Assembly: GCA_029564765.1 (NCBI GenBank)
Contig: JAKQPK010000023.1
Location: 87,084 to 151,083, forward strand
DNA: 64,000 bases
Direction: 5' to 3'
Source of the DNA: Candidatus Omnitrophota bacterium
GTDB lineage: Bacteria > Omnitrophota > Gorgyraeia > Zapsychrales > Aceulaceae
Position numbers and translations under genes: made by a program. Numbering within the stretch: the first letter of the stretch is position 1; each line of letters starts with the position of its first letter. The notes under the pieces are model-generated. The model had not been told where the DNA came from and did no database searches. It worked only from the letters and a program-made list of their open reading frames with translations. Shown in pieces: positions 52,220 through 60,663 of the stretch.

Positions 52220-53077
52220 TTATGATATGTACTTTCCGATAATGATCTTAAGGTCTTCTTTGACCTTAGCGGGGATCTGATCGTGCTGCGTGATGATCGC
52301 GAACTTAAGAGCTTCTTCCGCGCCAAAAATAGGAACACAAGCGATCTTCGGGATCGCCGCTTTCAAGATGCTTTTTGCATGACCAACGTTCTTGTTCAGA
52401 TACTCAATGATCATATCGATGCTGACGCTTTCATGGGTTTGATGCCAACAATCATAATCGGTCACAGCGGCTAGGGTCGCGTAAGCGATCTCTGCTTCGC
52501 GCGCGAGCTTAGCTTCCGTGGCGTTCGTCATGCCGATAATATCCATCTTCCAACTTCGATACAAAAAAGATTCCGCGCGCGTCGAAAATTGTGGGCCTTC
52601 CATATTCAAATAAACACCTCCGCGATGCACAGGAATCTTTAGCGCTTTTGCCGTTTTTTCAAGAATGTCGCACAACTGAGGGCAAAAAGGATCAGCTAAA
52701 GAGACATGCGCGACAATACCGTCGCTAAAAAATGTTGACCGGCGATCGACAGCGCGATCAATGAACTGGTCCGGAATAACAAAATCCATCGGCTTTAATT
52801 CTTCCTTGAGGCTTCCGCACGCAGAGACAGAGATGATAGCGCTCACACCCAGGTGTTTCATGCCATAAATATTGGCGCGATAATTAATATCGCGAGGACT
52901 GATGCGATGCCCTCGGCCATGGCGAGGCAAAAAAACAACCTCAACACCTTCCAGAGCACCACAATGATACGTGTCTGAAGGATCCCCAAAAGGAGTTGTC
53001 AATTTAACTTCTTTAAGGCCCGTGATCCCCTCGATATTATAAAGACCACTTCCGCCAATGACGCCGACTTTTCGCAT
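52220..53077 (-). CDS. mtnP: 5'-methylthioadenosine phosphorylase
   Basis: GVIGGSG, RHG, EGPQFSTRAES, GMT and TDYD motifs. Confidence 0.9.
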   Translation of the reverse strand: MRKVGVIGGSGLYNIEGITGLKEVKLTTPFGDPSDTYHCGALEGVEVVFLPRHGRGHRISPRDINYRANIYGMKHLGVSAIISVSACGSLKEELKPMDFVIPDQFIDRAVDRRSTFFSDGIVAHVSLADPFCPQLCDILEKTAKALKIPVHRGGVYLNMEGPQFSTRAESFLYRSWKMDIIGMTNATEAKLAREAEIAYATLAAVTDYDCWHQTHESVSIDMIIEYLNKNVGHAKSILKAAIPKIACVPIFGAEEALKFAIITQHDQIPAKVKEDLKIIIGKYIS

Positions 53078-53080
53078 GTC

Positions 53081-53878
53081 TTATCTCCTGGACAATTGTT
53101 TAGCTCGCCTGACTGCCGCCTGCAATGCTTTCACAAAGATCTTCCCCACTTTATGCTTCTTAAAAACTTCAACAGCCGCATGCGTTGTTCCACCCTTAGA
53201 GGTCACCTTGGCTCGCAAGGTTGCCGGCGACTCATAAACGCTCTTTAAAAGATGCACGCTACCCGCGAATGTTTCAATCACAAGATGCGCAGCTACTTGT
53301 TCGCTTAACCCAACTTTTTTTGCCGCTTCGATCATCTGCTCCATAAGAAAGAAAACATACCCCGGCCCGCTCCCGGAAGTGGCCGTGACCATGTCAATAA
53401 GCTCTTCTTTAACGATCAATGTTTTTCCTAGACGATCAAAGATCTCACCAGCGATCTTCAGATCGCCAGCTTGCGCAAAACGTCCCCTGGCTAAAGCCGT
53501 GACGGCTCTCTGAACAACGGCCGGTAAATTAGGCATAGTCCGTATCACGCGGACCCGCCCTCCAAGCTTTTTCTCGATATAATTCGTTGTGATGCCAGCA
53601 GCTACAGAAATGATCAAATGTCTTTTTGTAACGAATGGCTTAAGGCTAGCGAGCGTCTCATCGAAGTCCTGCGGCTTAACCGCCAGAATGATCACAGAAC
53701 ATCTTTGCGCGAGGCCTTCAATGCGATCGCTCTTGATACGGTATTTTTTAATAAGATAACGCTGGCGTTCTACAGATTTTTCGCTTACGCAAACATGCAA
53801 ATGCTTGCGGCAGCTAGCGAGGATCGCCTCACCCATATTCCCACCGCCAATGATCCCAATATTTTTTATTTTCACCAT
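53081..53878 (-). CDS. proC: Pyrroline-5-carboxylate reductase
   Basis: GGGNMG, LAVKPQ, R.MPN, SGSGP.Y and VTSKGGTT motifs. Confidence 0.95.
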   Translation of the reverse strand: MVKIKNIGIIGGGNMGEAILASCRKHLHVCVSEKSVERQRYLIKKYRIKSDRIEGLAQRCSVIILAVKPQDFDETLASLKPFVTKRHLIISVAAGITTNYIEKKLGGRVRVIRTMPNLPAVVQRAVTALARGRFAQAGDLKIAGEIFDRLGKTLIVKEELIDMVTATSGSGPGYVFFLMEQMIEAAKKVGLSEQVAAHLVIETFAGSVHLLKSVYESPATLRAKVTSKGGTTHAAVEVFKKHKVGKIFVKALQAAVRRAKQLSRR

Positions 53879-53882
53879 TACG

Positions 53883-54566
53883 TTAACCTACCTGAAAGAT
53901 CGCTCGTCCGATACGTAGCATATTAGCACCTTCTTCCAGAGCGATCGGATAGTCATCGCTCATGCCCATCGATAAATACTGCATACAGATATTCTTAGAT
54001 CCGCGGAAATCTTGTTCCATCTCCTGAAAAATATCATGAAGTCGTCGAAAACAGCCACGAATCTCTATTTTATCCTGCGTGAGAGGGCCTATGGTCATCA
54101 ATCCTTTCACGTGCACGGTCGGACAACCCTCAAGATGCTTTAAAAGGTCTGCGGCATGGTCCGGCGCCACGCCAAACTTCTGCGCCTCACCCGATGTATT
54201 CACTTGAAGCAAAACATCGATCGTTCGATGGATCCTTGCGCACTGACGATCAATCTCTTTGGCTAAATCTAAAGAGTCCACCGACTGGATCATATCGAAT
54301 AATTGAACGGCTTGCTTGACCTTGTTGGTCTGCAAATGGCCGATCATATGCCTGGTAATATGCCCAAAATTGGAATATTTCGCGACAGCCTGCTGCAATC
54401 TATTTTCAGCGATGTGCTGCAATCCTGCGTCAACAGCTTGTTGAATGCTTTGAATGTCGCTATATTTTGTCACACCGATAATGACGATTTCCTGGGGATC
54501 GCGATCAGCTGAACGGCAAATATCCGCAACAGAAGCTCTTATCCGGTCAATATTTTCGCGAATCAT
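53883..54566 (-). CDS. yggS: PLP homeostasis protein YggS
   Basis: VTK, HMIGHLQTNK, GLMT and LSMGMS.DY motifs; upstream of proC. Confidence 0.93.
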   Translation of the reverse strand: MIRENIDRIRASVADICRSADRDPQEIVIIGVTKYSDIQSIQQAVDAGLQHIAENRLQQAVAKYSNFGHITRHMIGHLQTNKVKQAVQLFDMIQSVDSLDLAKEIDRQCARIHRTIDVLLQVNTSGEAQKFGVAPDHAADLLKHLEGCPTVHVKGLMTIGPLTQDKIEIRGCFRRLHDIFQEMEQDFRGSKNICMQYLSMGMSDDYPIALEEGANMLRIGRAIFQVG

Positions 54567-54572
54567 TGCCCT

Positions 54573-54601
54573 AAAGTATCACAAAAGCCCTATGCCGTCA
54601 A
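54573..54601 (-). promoter_or_regulatory. Candidate promoter giving a leaderless yggS transcript
   Basis: TTGACG-17 nt-TACTTT ending 6 nt before the ATG; no SD. Confidence 0.5.
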
Positions 54602-54654
54602 ATGCAAAAACAGCACTTTATAATATATTTATAGGATTAGAAATATTAGAAGGA

Positions 54655-54984
54655 TTAAACGGCCGCGCTGACCCCTGGGCGGATATCGATACGCAGCGAA
54701 TGGCAGAAATCGATCCTTAAAAGGCTCCCTTCCTGGGTAATGTAGGAAGTCCCTTTAACGCGCAGAGAAAATTTTTCGATCTTTTCTTTAGAATCATACG
54801 TCTTGCAAATATAGTACTCTGGCTGAGCGAGCTCCCTGACAGGGGCTGTAACAGCGCTAACCACATAAACGATCGTCTTATGGGAAGAGACCAAGAAGCC
54901 TTGTTTTTCTGTTTTTTCGACCAACGAAATGACCTTGCGGCGCTTGGCGGTTGACGTTAGATTTTTAAAAGCGATCTCTCGCAT
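54655..54984 (-). CDS. Hypothetical basic protein, 109 aa
   Basis: ATG with SD-like AGAAAGGAAG, flanked by non-coding gaps on both sides; no family recognised. Confidence 0.7.
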   Translation of the reverse strand: MREIAFKNLTSTAKRRKVISLVEKTEKQGFLVSSHKTIVYVVSAVTAPVRELAQPEYYICKTYDSKEKIEKFSLRVKGTSYITQEGSLLRIDFCHSLRIDIRPGVSAAV

Positions 54985-54999
54985 AACTTCCTTTCTATT

Positions 55000-55049
55000 T
55001 GGCTAAGTCGCCTGGGGATGTTCATGGGCACCCTCAGGCGGCTTAGTCA
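55000..55049 (+). other. 23-bp stem-loop with G-U pairing on the plus (antisense) strand
   Basis: TGGCTAAGTCGCCTGGGGATGTT-CATG-GGCACCCTCAGGCGGCTTAGTCA: 17 WC pairs, 5 G-U pairs and 1 mismatch on the plus strand. Confidence 0.7.
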
Positions 55050-55118
55050 TGTCCTCCATGGCTGGTGGGGACTACCAATATTGTCAAGATTCTGCTTTCC
55101 GTGGCTCAACCTATTGAG

Positions 55119-55146
55119 AGTATAACATCGCAACCCAAGCAAACAA
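55119..55146 (-). promoter_or_regulatory. Candidate promoter of the 109-aa orphan
   Basis: TTGTTT-16 nt-TATACT with extended -10 TG. Confidence 0.5.
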
Positions 55147-55150
55147 GGCA

Positions 55151-55178
55151 TGTCAAGGCCGCAGAGGAAAACGTTTTC
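55151..55178. repeat. Composite motif copy 1: TGTCAAG-N9-GAAAACGTTTTC
   Basis: Read directly; the palindrome extends to GGAAAACGTTTTCC (55166-55179). Confidence 0.75.
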
Positions 55179-55301
55179 CGTGCACGCGCAAAAACTTCAC
55201 TTTCTCGACGGTAAGAAAGAAAAAAGATCTCGATCAGCCTAAAAAAAAATGAAAAAACGGTCACGAAGGACCTGTCAAGGTCTGTCCTAAAAACCAGATC
55301 T

Positions 55302-55329
55302 TGTCAAGCAAGGAGAAGAAAACGTTTTC
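55302..55329. repeat. Composite motif copy 2: TGTCAAG-N9-GAAAACGTTTTC
   Basis: Read directly; the palindrome extends to AAGAAAACGTTTTCTT (55316-55331). Confidence 0.75.
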
Positions 55330-55331
55330 TT

Positions 55332-55967
55332 TTAAGTTTTACGGAAAGGAAAGCGAAAGCGGGATTCTCTGCCCTGCAGAAGCCTCTGGATGTTTGGCCG
55401 ATGGCGCAGGACCACAAGCCCGCAAAAAACGACCCCTAACATCACAAGCTCTAAAGGCTGAGCGAACAAGACCATCAAAAACGGCAAGGCAGCTGCCGCG
55501 ACAATGGAGGCTAAAGAAACATATCCAAATGCTACAAAAACAATGAGCCATGTCAGGACGCATAAGGCCACGGCAAGGCGTAAGGACGCCACTTGGATCG
55601 TTAACCCTAAAAAAACGCCAAGGCTTGTCGCAACACCCTTGCCGCCTTTGAATCTTAGGAAAACGGTCCAGTTGTGTCCGCAAACCGCGACAAGTCCGCA
55701 GAAGATATACGACAAATGATCGTGCAGGCCCAAAATCCTTGGAACAACAGCTACTGCCACAACGCCTTTCAGGACGTCCAGCAGAAGGACGAGGATCCCA
55801 GGTGTTTTTCCAAGGACGCGGAAAACGTTGGTCGCGCCCATATTCTTAGATCCATGTTCGCGGATATCGATCCCCTTAAGCAGCTTACCAGCCCAATACC
55901 CAGTTGGGATAGATCCTAAAGTATAGGAAAAAATAAATCCTAAGATCAGCTTAGCGAGAACTATCAT
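55332..55967 (-). CDS. plsY: Glycerol-3-phosphate acyltransferase PlsY
   Basis: Y.LGSIP, GS.N.GATN..R, F.GGKGVAT and H..NI.RL..G.E motifs. Confidence 0.95.
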   Translation of the reverse strand: MIVLAKLILGFIFSYTLGSIPTGYWAGKLLKGIDIREHGSKNMGATNVFRVLGKTPGILVLLLDVLKGVVAVAVVPRILGLHDHLSYIFCGLVAVCGHNWTVFLRFKGGKGVATSLGVFLGLTIQVASLRLAVALCVLTWLIVFVAFGYVSLASIVAAAALPFLMVLFAQPLELVMLGVVFCGLVVLRHRPNIQRLLQGRESRFRFPFRKT

Positions 55968-56511
55968 TAAAGACCTTCACTCCCCTGTAAAGATAATCTG
56001 CTCCTGAAAGAATTGACAAGATGCCAACAGCATACCATAGCGCTGGAAAGAATGACAAATGCAGCAAGACCCCGATGATCGCGATCACCTGGAAAAAGGT
56101 CGTCATGCGCCCTAAGCGGGACGGAACAACATCGATGCTCCCTCGGGTCAGATAAACCGCGGCTCCGCCGACCAACAAGATCGCATCCCGACTAATAACG
56201 ATCAAAAGGATCCATAAAGGGATCCCGGCCGGCGTCGAGATCTCTCTGGCGACATACAAACAAATAAAAGCGCTCATCAATAAAAACTTGTCGGCGAGCG
56301 GATCGAGGATCGCCCCGATCTTTGTGTCCTGATGATATTTTCGAGCAAAGTATCCATCGACGATATCAGTGAAGATGGCAACAAAGAAAATACCCAAGGC
56401 AACGTAGCGAAGATAGTCGTGCTCCGGCTGATAATAAACAATCGCCGAAACAAAGAAAGGGACGGCCAGAATGCGAATCAAAGTCATAATATTCGCGATA
56501 TTAACTGACAT
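55951..56511 (-). CDS. pgsA: CDP-alcohol phosphatidyltransferase (PgsA-like)
   Basis: N..T..R and D..DG..AR.......G..LDP.ADK signature. Confidence 0.8.
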   Translation of the reverse strand: MSVNIANIMTLIRILAVPFFVSAIVYYQPEHDYLRYVALGIFFVAIFTDIVDGYFARKYHQDTKIGAILDPLADKFLLMSAFICLYVAREISTPAGIPLWILLIVISRDAILLVGGAAVYLTRGSIDVVPSRLGRMTTFFQVIAIIGVLLHLSFFPALWYAVGILSILSGADYLYRGVKVFNDSSR

Positions 56512-56512
56512 C

Positions 56513-56758
56513 TTACGGCTCCACTTCTTTTAGCTGAGTTCCATCCACAGGACAAATGTTCACTTGGGGACTAAATCGGCGTCCGCACGTGGGACAATAT
56601 TTCACGCGTGCCGCCGCTGATACAGCTCCGGCCACAGATTCGATCGCAGATCGAACATCGTTCGGGCTTTCTTTGGTAGATGCTGCCTTCTTTTGATAGG
56701 ACCCGACGGATTGACATCCACCAAAAAAAAGGATCATCAGAAAAATGAACCACTTCAT
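56513..56758 (-). CDS. Small putative lipoprotein with C-terminal zinc ribbon
   Basis: Short hydrophobic signal ending FGG/C; YCPTCG...ICPVDG; 1-nt gaps to both lepB and pgsA. Confidence 0.7.
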   Translation of the reverse strand: MKWFIFLMILFFGGCQSVGSYQKKAASTKESPNDVRSAIESVAGAVSAAARVKYCPTCGRRFSPQVNICPVDGTQLKEVEP

Positions 56759-56759
56759 A

Positions 56760-57344
56760 TCATTGCACCGCCCGGATACGATTCAAAGGCCAATAAATGA
56801 TTTCTGCCTTGCCAACAAGATAATGCTCAGGAACAAAACCCCAGAAACGGCTGTCCATGCTGGAAGCGCTATTATCCCCTAGAACAAAATAAAAACCGTC
56901 CGGCACTTTAACGGCTTGGCCCTTGGCCCCATAGTCTCCTCGGTTATAATAATAACGGTTCAAGATCTTTCGATCCTGGATCTTGGCACCATCAACATAA
57001 ATCGCGCCATCCCGAATGACAACTGTCTCTCCCGGAAAAGCGATCAAGCGCTTAATAAAATCCCTCTGAGGGTCTTCAGGATACTTAAAAACAATGATGT
57101 CACCGCGCTGCAGCTTCCCATAGCCGGGCAAACGCCAGCGCGTCCCAGGGATCTGAGGGCCATATTTCATTTTGTTGACAAGGACACGGTCCCCTTCCAG
57201 AAGGGTCGTTCGCATAGATCCGGTCGGGATCTTGAACGCCTGTACCACGAATGTGCGGATAATCATCGCCAACAAGAACGCGATCACAATCGATTCTGTC
57301 CACTCGCGCACCGCTGAACCTTTACGAAAGAAATTATTCATCAT
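56760..57344 (-). CDS. lepB: Signal peptidase I
   Basis: IPTGSM (Ser), FIKR (Lys) and GDN...S.DSR.WG motifs; follows lepA. Confidence 0.95.
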   Translation of the reverse strand: MMNNFFRKGSAVREWTESIVIAFLLAMIIRTFVVQAFKIPTGSMRTTLLEGDRVLVNKMKYGPQIPGTRWRLPGYGKLQRGDIIVFKYPEDPQRDFIKRLIAFPGETVVIRDGAIYVDGAKIQDRKILNRYYYNRGDYGAKGQAVKVPDGFYFVLGDNSASSMDSRFWGFVPEHYLVGKAEIIYWPLNRIRAVQ

Positions 57345-57345
57345 T

Positions 57346-59136
57346 TCATATCCTTAGGACCGCGAGAAATGCCTCTTGAGGGATCTCTACTTGGCCAATC
57401 TGTTTTAAACGTTTTTTACCTTCTTTTTGTTTTTCCCAAAGCTTACGTTTACGTGAAATATCGCCCCCATAGCACTTAGCGGTAACATTTTTCCCAACGG
57501 AACGAACCTTGGCGCTGGAGATAATACGACCGTTCGCTGACGCCTGAATTTTGACCTCAAAGAGCTGCTGAGGGATCAACTCTTTTAATTTGGAAACGAG
57601 AGCCAGGCCTTTCTCATAAGACCTCTCCTTATGCACCAGACAAGAAAAGGCGTCACAAACTTTATCATTGATCAATATATCAAGCTTGGTGATGTCCGTT
57701 GGAAAATAACCTTTTAGCTCGTAATCGATCGAACCGTAACCGCGCGTGGCCGACTTGATCATGTCGTTGAAATCAACAATGACCTCCGAAAGCGGAATAT
57801 CAAAAACAACCTTCATGCGATCCGATACATACATGCTTTCCTGATAGATGCCGCGCTTGGACTTTGCTAGGTCCATGATCGCATCCATCATCGTTACAGG
57901 TGAAAAGATCGCTACTGACAAATACGGTTCTTCGATCTTTGAGACGGCAGTCCAATCAGGCAGCTGAATTGGGCTTTCAACTTCCATGACCTCCCCGTTG
58001 CGCTTGGTGACGCGGTAGCTAACATTGGGCGTTGTGAGAATGAGGTTGAGATTGTATTCACGCTCTAATCGTTCTTGAACGATCTCCATGTGCAATAACC
58101 CCAAAAAACCGCAACGAAAACCATGGCCAAAAGACTGTGAAGATTCAGGTTCATAGACAAAGCTGGGATCGTTTAGATGAAGTTTTTCCATTGCTTCGCG
58201 CAAAGCGATAAAATCTCCTGAGTTCTCTGGATAAACACCAGCGAACACCAAAGGCTTTAGTTGTCGATATCCCTCCAAGGCTTTCTCTGAGGGATGCGCA
58301 GCATCCGTGATCGTGTCCCCTACATGAACCTCTCTGGGCTCACGGATATTGCATGTGATATAGCCGACCTCTCCGCTCGTCAGTTCGCGCACTTTTTCCG
58401 CTTCGGGCCGAAAAACTCCGATCTCCTCGATCGTCACTTCCTTGTTGCCATGCATCATCTTGACCCGCATGTTTTCTTTCAGGATACCGTTGACAACGCG
58501 CACATAAACAACAACACCTTTATAAGTATCATATTTTGAATCAAAGATCAGCGCTTGCGCGGGTGCACCGTCATCGCCTTCGGGGTGTGGAATGAACTCA
58601 ACGACCTTTTCCAAAACATCTTTAATGCCAAGGCCTTCCTTTGCGGAGCAAAGGATCATGTCTTTTTCTTTAAAGTTAAAGATCTCACTGAGCTCTGTTT
58701 TGACGATCCCAAGGTCGATATTAGCAATGTCGATCTTATTAATGACGGGAATGATCTCAAGATTGTTCTCGATCGCCAAATAATAATTGCCGATGGTTTG
58801 TGACTCAACCCCCTGAGAGGCGTCGACAACAAGCAAAGCACCCTCGCATGCCCTTAACGACTTCTCAACCTCATAAGTGAAATCAACATGGCCAGGTGTA
58901 TCGATGAGGTTCAAGATGTATTCTTTCCCATCGTTAGCCTTATAGTTTAAACGCACAGCGGATGCTTTGATCGTGATGCCTCGCTCGCGCTCTAGGTCCA
59001 TATCATCAAGGATCTGGTTCTGGAACTTGCGCTCATCGATCGCTCCAGTAGCCAACATCAAGCGGTCCGCTAAAGTTGACTTACCGTGATCGATATGAGC
59101 AATGATCGAAAAATTACGAATGAGGGATTTATCCAT
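57346..59136 (-). CDS. lepA: Elongation factor 4
   Basis: IRNFSIIAHIDHGKSTLADR, GFLGLLH and KCYGGD.SRK motifs; start moved to MDKSL (59136). Confidence 0.97.
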   Translation of the reverse strand: MDKSLIRNFSIIAHIDHGKSTLADRLMLATGAIDERKFQNQILDDMDLERERGITIKASAVRLNYKANDGKEYILNLIDTPGHVDFTYEVEKSLRACEGALLVVDASQGVESQTIGNYYLAIENNLEIIPVINKIDIANIDLGIVKTELSEIFNFKEKDMILCSAKEGLGIKDVLEKVVEFIPHPEGDDGAPAQALIFDSKYDTYKGVVVYVRVVNGILKENMRVKMMHGNKEVTIEEIGVFRPEAEKVRELTSGEVGYITCNIREPREVHVGDTITDAAHPSEKALEGYRQLKPLVFAGVYPENSGDFIALREAMEKLHLNDPSFVYEPESSQSFGHGFRCGFLGLLHMEIVQERLEREYNLNLILTTPNVSYRVTKRNGEVMEVESPIQLPDWTAVSKIEEPYLSVAIFSPVTMMDAIMDLAKSKRGIYQESMYVSDRMKVVFDIPLSEVIVDFNDMIKSATRGYGSIDYELKGYFPTDITKLDILINDKVCDAFSCLVHKERSYEKGLALVSKLKELIPQQLFEVKIQASANGRIISSAKVRSVGKNVTAKCYGGDISRKRKLWEKQKEGKKRLKQIGQVEIPQEAFLAVLRI

Positions 59137-59806
59137 GAGACTGAATGTGGTCAATGACTTTCTGAACAACGTCCTGAATGGACATGTTGGTTGAATCGAT
59201 AACGATCGCATCATCTGCTATTTTTAAAGGACCAACCTTGCGCGTAAGATCCTTTGTGTCCCTATCCTGAAGATCCTGCTGCACCTGCGCGCATGCGACC
59301 GCTTTGCCCTTTTCGCTCATTTCTTTGCAGCGACGATTGGCGCGCTCTTCAAAGCGAGCGTCTAAATAAAACTTACAAAATGCGTTTGGGAACACGACCG
59401 TTCCAATGTCGCGGCCTTCAGCGATAACATTTGTCTTCGCGCCAATAGCTCTCTGCTGCTCCACCATCACATCGCGCACTCCTGCTGTGCGGGCAATATA
59501 AAAAGTGTTGTTCGTTACCTCAGGGCTGCGAATTTCTTCGGTTACCTCTTGTCCATCGAGCAAAACTTTCAAAGCGTGATGATCGCCGATCTTTAGATCG
59601 ATACGCGTCGACCTCGCAAGCGCTGTTAAGCTTGCCTCATCATTGAGGTCAATTTTCTCGCGCAGCGCTTTCAGGGTAAGAGAGCGGTACATCGCGCCTG
59701 TATCGAGATACATAAAACCTAGTCTTTTCGCGACTTCTTTGGCGATCGTGCTCTTACCGGCGCCGGCCGGTCCATCGATCGCGACAACAATAGGCGCATT
59801 ATGCAT
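59129..59806 (-). CDS. cmk: Cytidylate kinase
   Basis: AIDGPAGAGKST, DTGAMYR and EGRDIGTVVFP motifs. Confidence 0.96.
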   Translation of the reverse strand: MHNAPIVVAIDGPAGAGKSTIAKEVAKRLGFMYLDTGAMYRSLTLKALREKIDLNDEASLTALARSTRIDLKIGDHHALKVLLDGQEVTEEIRSPEVTNNTFYIARTAGVRDVMVEQQRAIGAKTNVIAEGRDIGTVVFPNAFCKFYLDARFEERANRRCKEMSEKGKAVACAQVQQDLQDRDTKDLTRKVGPLKIADDAIVIDSTNMSIQDVVQKVIDHIQSHG

Positions 59807-60662
59807 GAAGGCCGTCCCGTTTTTCTTTTGATCTCTTAAAGGATTCCATCAAAAAATTTTCGTCTCCAACAACAATAGCCTTGCGGTACCCGGCAATGGT
59901 CTTGATGATGTCATCCAAACTTTTTGTCATGTTTTTCGCGTTCTGCATGCAGATATCAGCCCATAGCTCGGGATTGGAAGAGGCGATCCGTGTTGTATCA
60001 CGTAATCCCGTGGCCCCAAAAGGCAAATAATCCGCAGGTATCGCGTCCATTAGGCCGTATGCCAATAGATGAGGAACGTGACTTGTGTACGCGACGATCG
60101 TATCATGTTCATCAGGAGAGATAGTCTTGATCTTAGCTCCTGCCCTGGTCCAAAATTCTGACACTTTGTCCAAAGCGCCTTTGTTGGTCTTATCCGTTGG
60201 TGTCAGCAAGCAATGGCTTTGCTCAAAAAGGGACGCGGTGCTAAATTCAATGCCTTTCTTTTCTGAACCGGCCAAAGGATGAGAACCGACAAACAACACA
60301 TGATTTGGAAAATGTTTTTGCGCCGCCTGAACAATGGTCGCCTTGGTGCTCCCAACATCCGTGACAATGCATCCACGCTTTAGATGTGCGCCTAAGGTCG
60401 TGATAAGTGTTAGGATCGTCTGGATCGGCGTTGCCAGTACAACAAGGTCCGCGTTCTCAACAGATTTCACGATATTGCTTGAGCCATGATCGATGATCTT
60501 ATTCTTCAACGCGTATTGCAATGCGGCCTGCCGTCGAGAGACGCCGACAACCTCCCGCGCAAGATGGTTCTTTTTTATCGCCATCGCCAGTGATCCACCC
60601 AACAAGCCTATCCCGATGACAGTGACCTTGCGAAACATTAAAGGGTTCCGTTGAAAGCGCAT
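59799..60662 (-). CDS. tyrA: Prephenate/arogenate dehydrogenase
   Basis: GIGLLGGS, DVGSTK, HPLAGSE, SHVPH and RIASS motifs; alternative start at 60638. Confidence 0.92.
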   Translation of the reverse strand: MRFQRNPLMFRKVTVIGIGLLGGSLAMAIKKNHLAREVVGVSRRQAALQYALKNKIIDHGSSNIVKSVENADLVVLATPIQTILTLITTLGAHLKRGCIVTDVGSTKATIVQAAQKHFPNHVLFVGSHPLAGSEKKGIEFSTASLFEQSHCLLTPTDKTNKGALDKVSEFWTRAGAKIKTISPDEHDTIVAYTSHVPHLLAYGLMDAIPADYLPFGATGLRDTTRIASSNPELWADICMQNAKNMTKSLDDIIKTIAGYRKAIVVGDENFLMESFKRSKEKRDGLHA

Positions 60663-60663
60663 A

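Noticed and set aside
54985-55331. oriC, CRISPR array, 6S RNA or IS end as the explanation for this gap
   Set aside because: No TTATCCACA boxes, no regularly spaced 25-40 nt repeats, no long closing stem with central bubble and no adjacent transposase or cas gene.
22746-59214. Long N-terminal extensions in the track for nadD, proA, the 45988 hypothetical, ileS and lepA
   Set aside because: Artefacts of choosing the most upstream start. Conserved N-termini and SD positions support 23318, 24597, 46791, 52218 and 59136.
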